From assembly GCA_965644315.1 (NCBI GenBank), contig CBFFRQ010000209.1:1-9689 (forward strand): a stretch of 9,689 nucleotides of DNA. Reading direction: 5' to 3'. Below the pieces are notes generated by a model that made no database searches, was not told the origin of the DNA, and was given only the letters and a program-made list of their open reading frames with translations. The stretch is from Caecitellus pseudoparvulus (lineage: Eukaryota > Protista > Bigyra: Bicosoecida). Shown here in pieces: positions 7,721 through 9,689 of the stretch. The position numbers were made by a program, and so were the translations under genes. Within the stretch, counting starts at the first letter, position 1; each line of letters begins with the position of its first letter.

Positions 7721-9064
7721 ATGGCCGGTGTGAGCAGTGGGGAGGGTATATCAGCGCGGTGGCAAGCTGCATGTACGAGTAAACAACTTGATGTACTTCT
7801 TCGTATGCTGCGAGGGGGTGGAGATGGTGCGAGCGCGGATTTGGGGGGCTTGTCACGCGCACACACAACGGCTGGCTTTGTGGTCGCTTGCAAGGCGGGG
7901 CATGTTGGGTTGCTGCGTGCGCTGCTGAAGTTGGAGGGTGAGCTTGCTGTGGATGTGCATGCTGCACCCGTGGGTGATTCAGAGTATGGCTTCCAGTGGG
8001 CATGTCGCAATGGGCATGTTGGTGTCGTACGGGAGTTACTGTCTCTCAGCGGGGACAGAGAAGTGGACGTGCATGTCGGACCAGAGGGCAGGCCTGAGTT
8101 TGGTTTTCGGGCAGCATGCTGCAATGGCCACGTGGGTGTGGTGCGTGAGCTCCTGGCTTTGACTGGCGAGCGATCTGTGGATGTGCACGCGAAAGTCTGG
8201 GGTGTGCCCGAAGCTGGATTCCGAGTTGCGTGTGAGAACGGGCATGTGGATGTGGTGCGAGAGCTGTTGGATCTCACTGGCGATCGTGAGGTGGACGTGC
8301 ATACACGGGACCGAGCAGGGCCTGAGGCTGGCTTCCGACTTGCCTGCCAGAACGGGCATGTGTGTGTTGTGCGCGAGTTGCTAGCGTTGACTGGGCACCG
8401 TGCCATTCATCGAGAGGGGCCTGAGGTTGGATTCCCACTAGCCTGTCAGAATGGGCATGTGTGTGTTGTGCGTGAGCTGCTGGCTTTGACTGGGCACCGT
8501 GCCATCTACTGGAGGGGAACTCTGGTTGGATTCCGACTAGCCTGCGAGAATGGGCATGCTGATACTGTGCGTGAGCTGTTGCCACTGTCCGGTGATCGTG
8601 CAGTTGATCAGAATGGGCTTGACAGTGGTTTCCGGGCTGCCTGTCAACACGGGCACGTGGAGCTGGTGCAAGAGCTGCTGGCCTTGGCTGATGGCAGGTC
8701 GGTGGATGTACATGCAAAGGACAGGGCGGGGTTCGAAGCTGGGTTCCGATGGGCATGTCGAAATGGCCACGCGAACGTGGTGCGCGTATTGCTGGCCTTG
8801 ACCGGGGATCGTGCCGTTGACGTGCACGCTGGGCTTGAGGGCAAGCCTGACTATGCATGGCGGTGGGCATGTCACAACGGGCATCTGGAAGTGGTGCGTG
8901 AGCTGATGCATTTGACCGGACATCGAGCCGTCCCGCGAGAGTTCTTGCGAGCTGATCGTGAAATTGTGCGGTCACTGAAGAATGCCATCTGGGTCGGCAC
9001 CAACTCTCTGCATGGCCGGCGCGCTATGGTGCTGCTGCGGGTCGCTCAGAGAAAGCAAGCATAG
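7721..9064 (+). CDS. Ankyrin-like repeat protein, gene C (447 aa, intact)
   Basis: The ATG is in a Kozak-like context (GCCACGCCATGG). Two degenerate N-terminal repeats are followed by nine repeats (six of 38 aa, three of 33 aa) and the tail KNAIWVGTNSLHGRRAMVLLRVAQRKQA-TAG. The upstream 250 codons of the 697-aa ORF call are not repeat-like and are largely antisense to the 7068-7589 frame. Confidence 0.88.
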   Translation: MAGVSSGEGISARWQAACTSKQLDVLLRMLRGGGDGASADLGGLSRAHTTAGFVVACKAGHVGLLRALLKLEGELAVDVHAAPVGDSEYGFQWACRNGHVGVVRELLSLSGDREVDVHVGPEGRPEFGFRAACCNGHVGVVRELLALTGERSVDVHAKVWGVPEAGFRVACENGHVDVVRELLDLTGDREVDVHTRDRAGPEAGFRLACQNGHVCVVRELLALTGHRAIHREGPEVGFPLACQNGHVCVVRELLALTGHRAIYWRGTLVGFRLACENGHADTVRELLPLSGDRAVDQNGLDSGFRAACQHGHVELVQELLALADGRSVDVHAKDRAGFEAGFRWACRNGHANVVRVLLALTGDRAVDVHAGLEGKPDYAWRWACHNGHLEVVRELMHLTGHRAVPREFLRADREIVRSLKNAIWVGTNSLHGRRAMVLLRVAQRKQA

Positions 9065-9689
9065 CGCTACAAAGACTGGGGCGCAGCCGGAACGGCTACC
9101 TGTGCTAGCTTCAACCAAGGGGGGGATTGAGGAGGGACACAAGACTGTCGAGGAAGGTCAGATTCGAGCAGCCTGCGAGCCGCGTGAAATGCATGGCCTC
9201 TTTCAGATTGTGCGACAGCGACCGAATCCCACAATTTCGTTCGCACCCACGATTTCACACTGCCTTGAACCAGTTCCCAAGGCTTCTCGTGGCTACATTT
9301 CAGCCGCTCTCTGCGAGCGTTGCCACACGCAGCTGTGCAGTGTGTCAATTTCCGCAGGCTCGACACTGCAAGCGCAGGATCGAGTTCCCTGCTGCCTTCC
9401 TGTGGCAGCAAACCTTGCACAAGTGTAGTTGAGCACTTGCTTGGGGCACGATGGACGGCGGCGACACTGCTGACTTCGGAGCGGTGGTGCAGTCCCTGGA
9501 CGCAGGTGTGTGTCTGCGCCGGCGTTACGCGCGCAACGCCAGCCCGTCTCTCACCGCCCGCCACCTGCTGCACATGCAGACGACACTGAGGACTTGGGCT
9601 TGAAACTCGCACCCATGTACGATTCCTCTGTTTCCCTGGACACGGACGGCCGTCGCAACACCGCCTCACCGTCCGAGCTGCTGGCCATG

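Noticed and set aside
428-8406. Long minus-strand Ser/Thr/Arg-rich repeat ORFs (428-961, 6082-6702, 7633-8406)
   Set aside because: Antisense shadows of the ankyrin repeat codons.
9065-9689. Another element copy or gene in the 3' region (short matches such as GTCAATTTCCG and GCAGCAAACC to the element; CCCACRATTTC twice near 9228-9256; 200-aa minus ORF)
   Set aside because: The matches are short and not collinear with the element, no subTIR or hairpin end is visible, and the ORF translation is not protein-like.

Overview
GC-rich, probably eukaryotic (protist-like, inferred) DNA with a same-strand cluster of three related, apparently intronless ankyrin-type repeat genes built mainly from an unusual 38-aa unit. 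Gene A enters from the left edge and is split at 925/5794. Gene B (6697-7034) is a truncated, frameshifted relic. Gene C (7721-9064) is intact. Gene A is interrupted by 4868 bp that looks like a tandem repeat but resolves exactly into two nested copies of a ~2.17-kb element with no recognisable transposase. The outer copy is 926-3091 plus 5787-5793. The inner copy is 3092-5786 and carries an internal 530-bp tandem duplication. Each copy has asymmetric 13-bp subterminal inverted repeats (subTIRs) that co-vary between copies, two adjacent GNA-triloop hairpins near one end, T-rich termini and no target-site duplication (TSD), which matches non-autonomous Helentron/Helitron2-like rolling-circle elements. 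Both insertions lie at GGTRGA^Y, a motif that is the core of the element's own subTIR and also recurs in the ankyrin repeats. This suggests sequence-specific, possibly base-pairing-guided self-targeting. An Ala-rich coiled-coil reading frame without an ATG lies on the minus strand between genes B and C.
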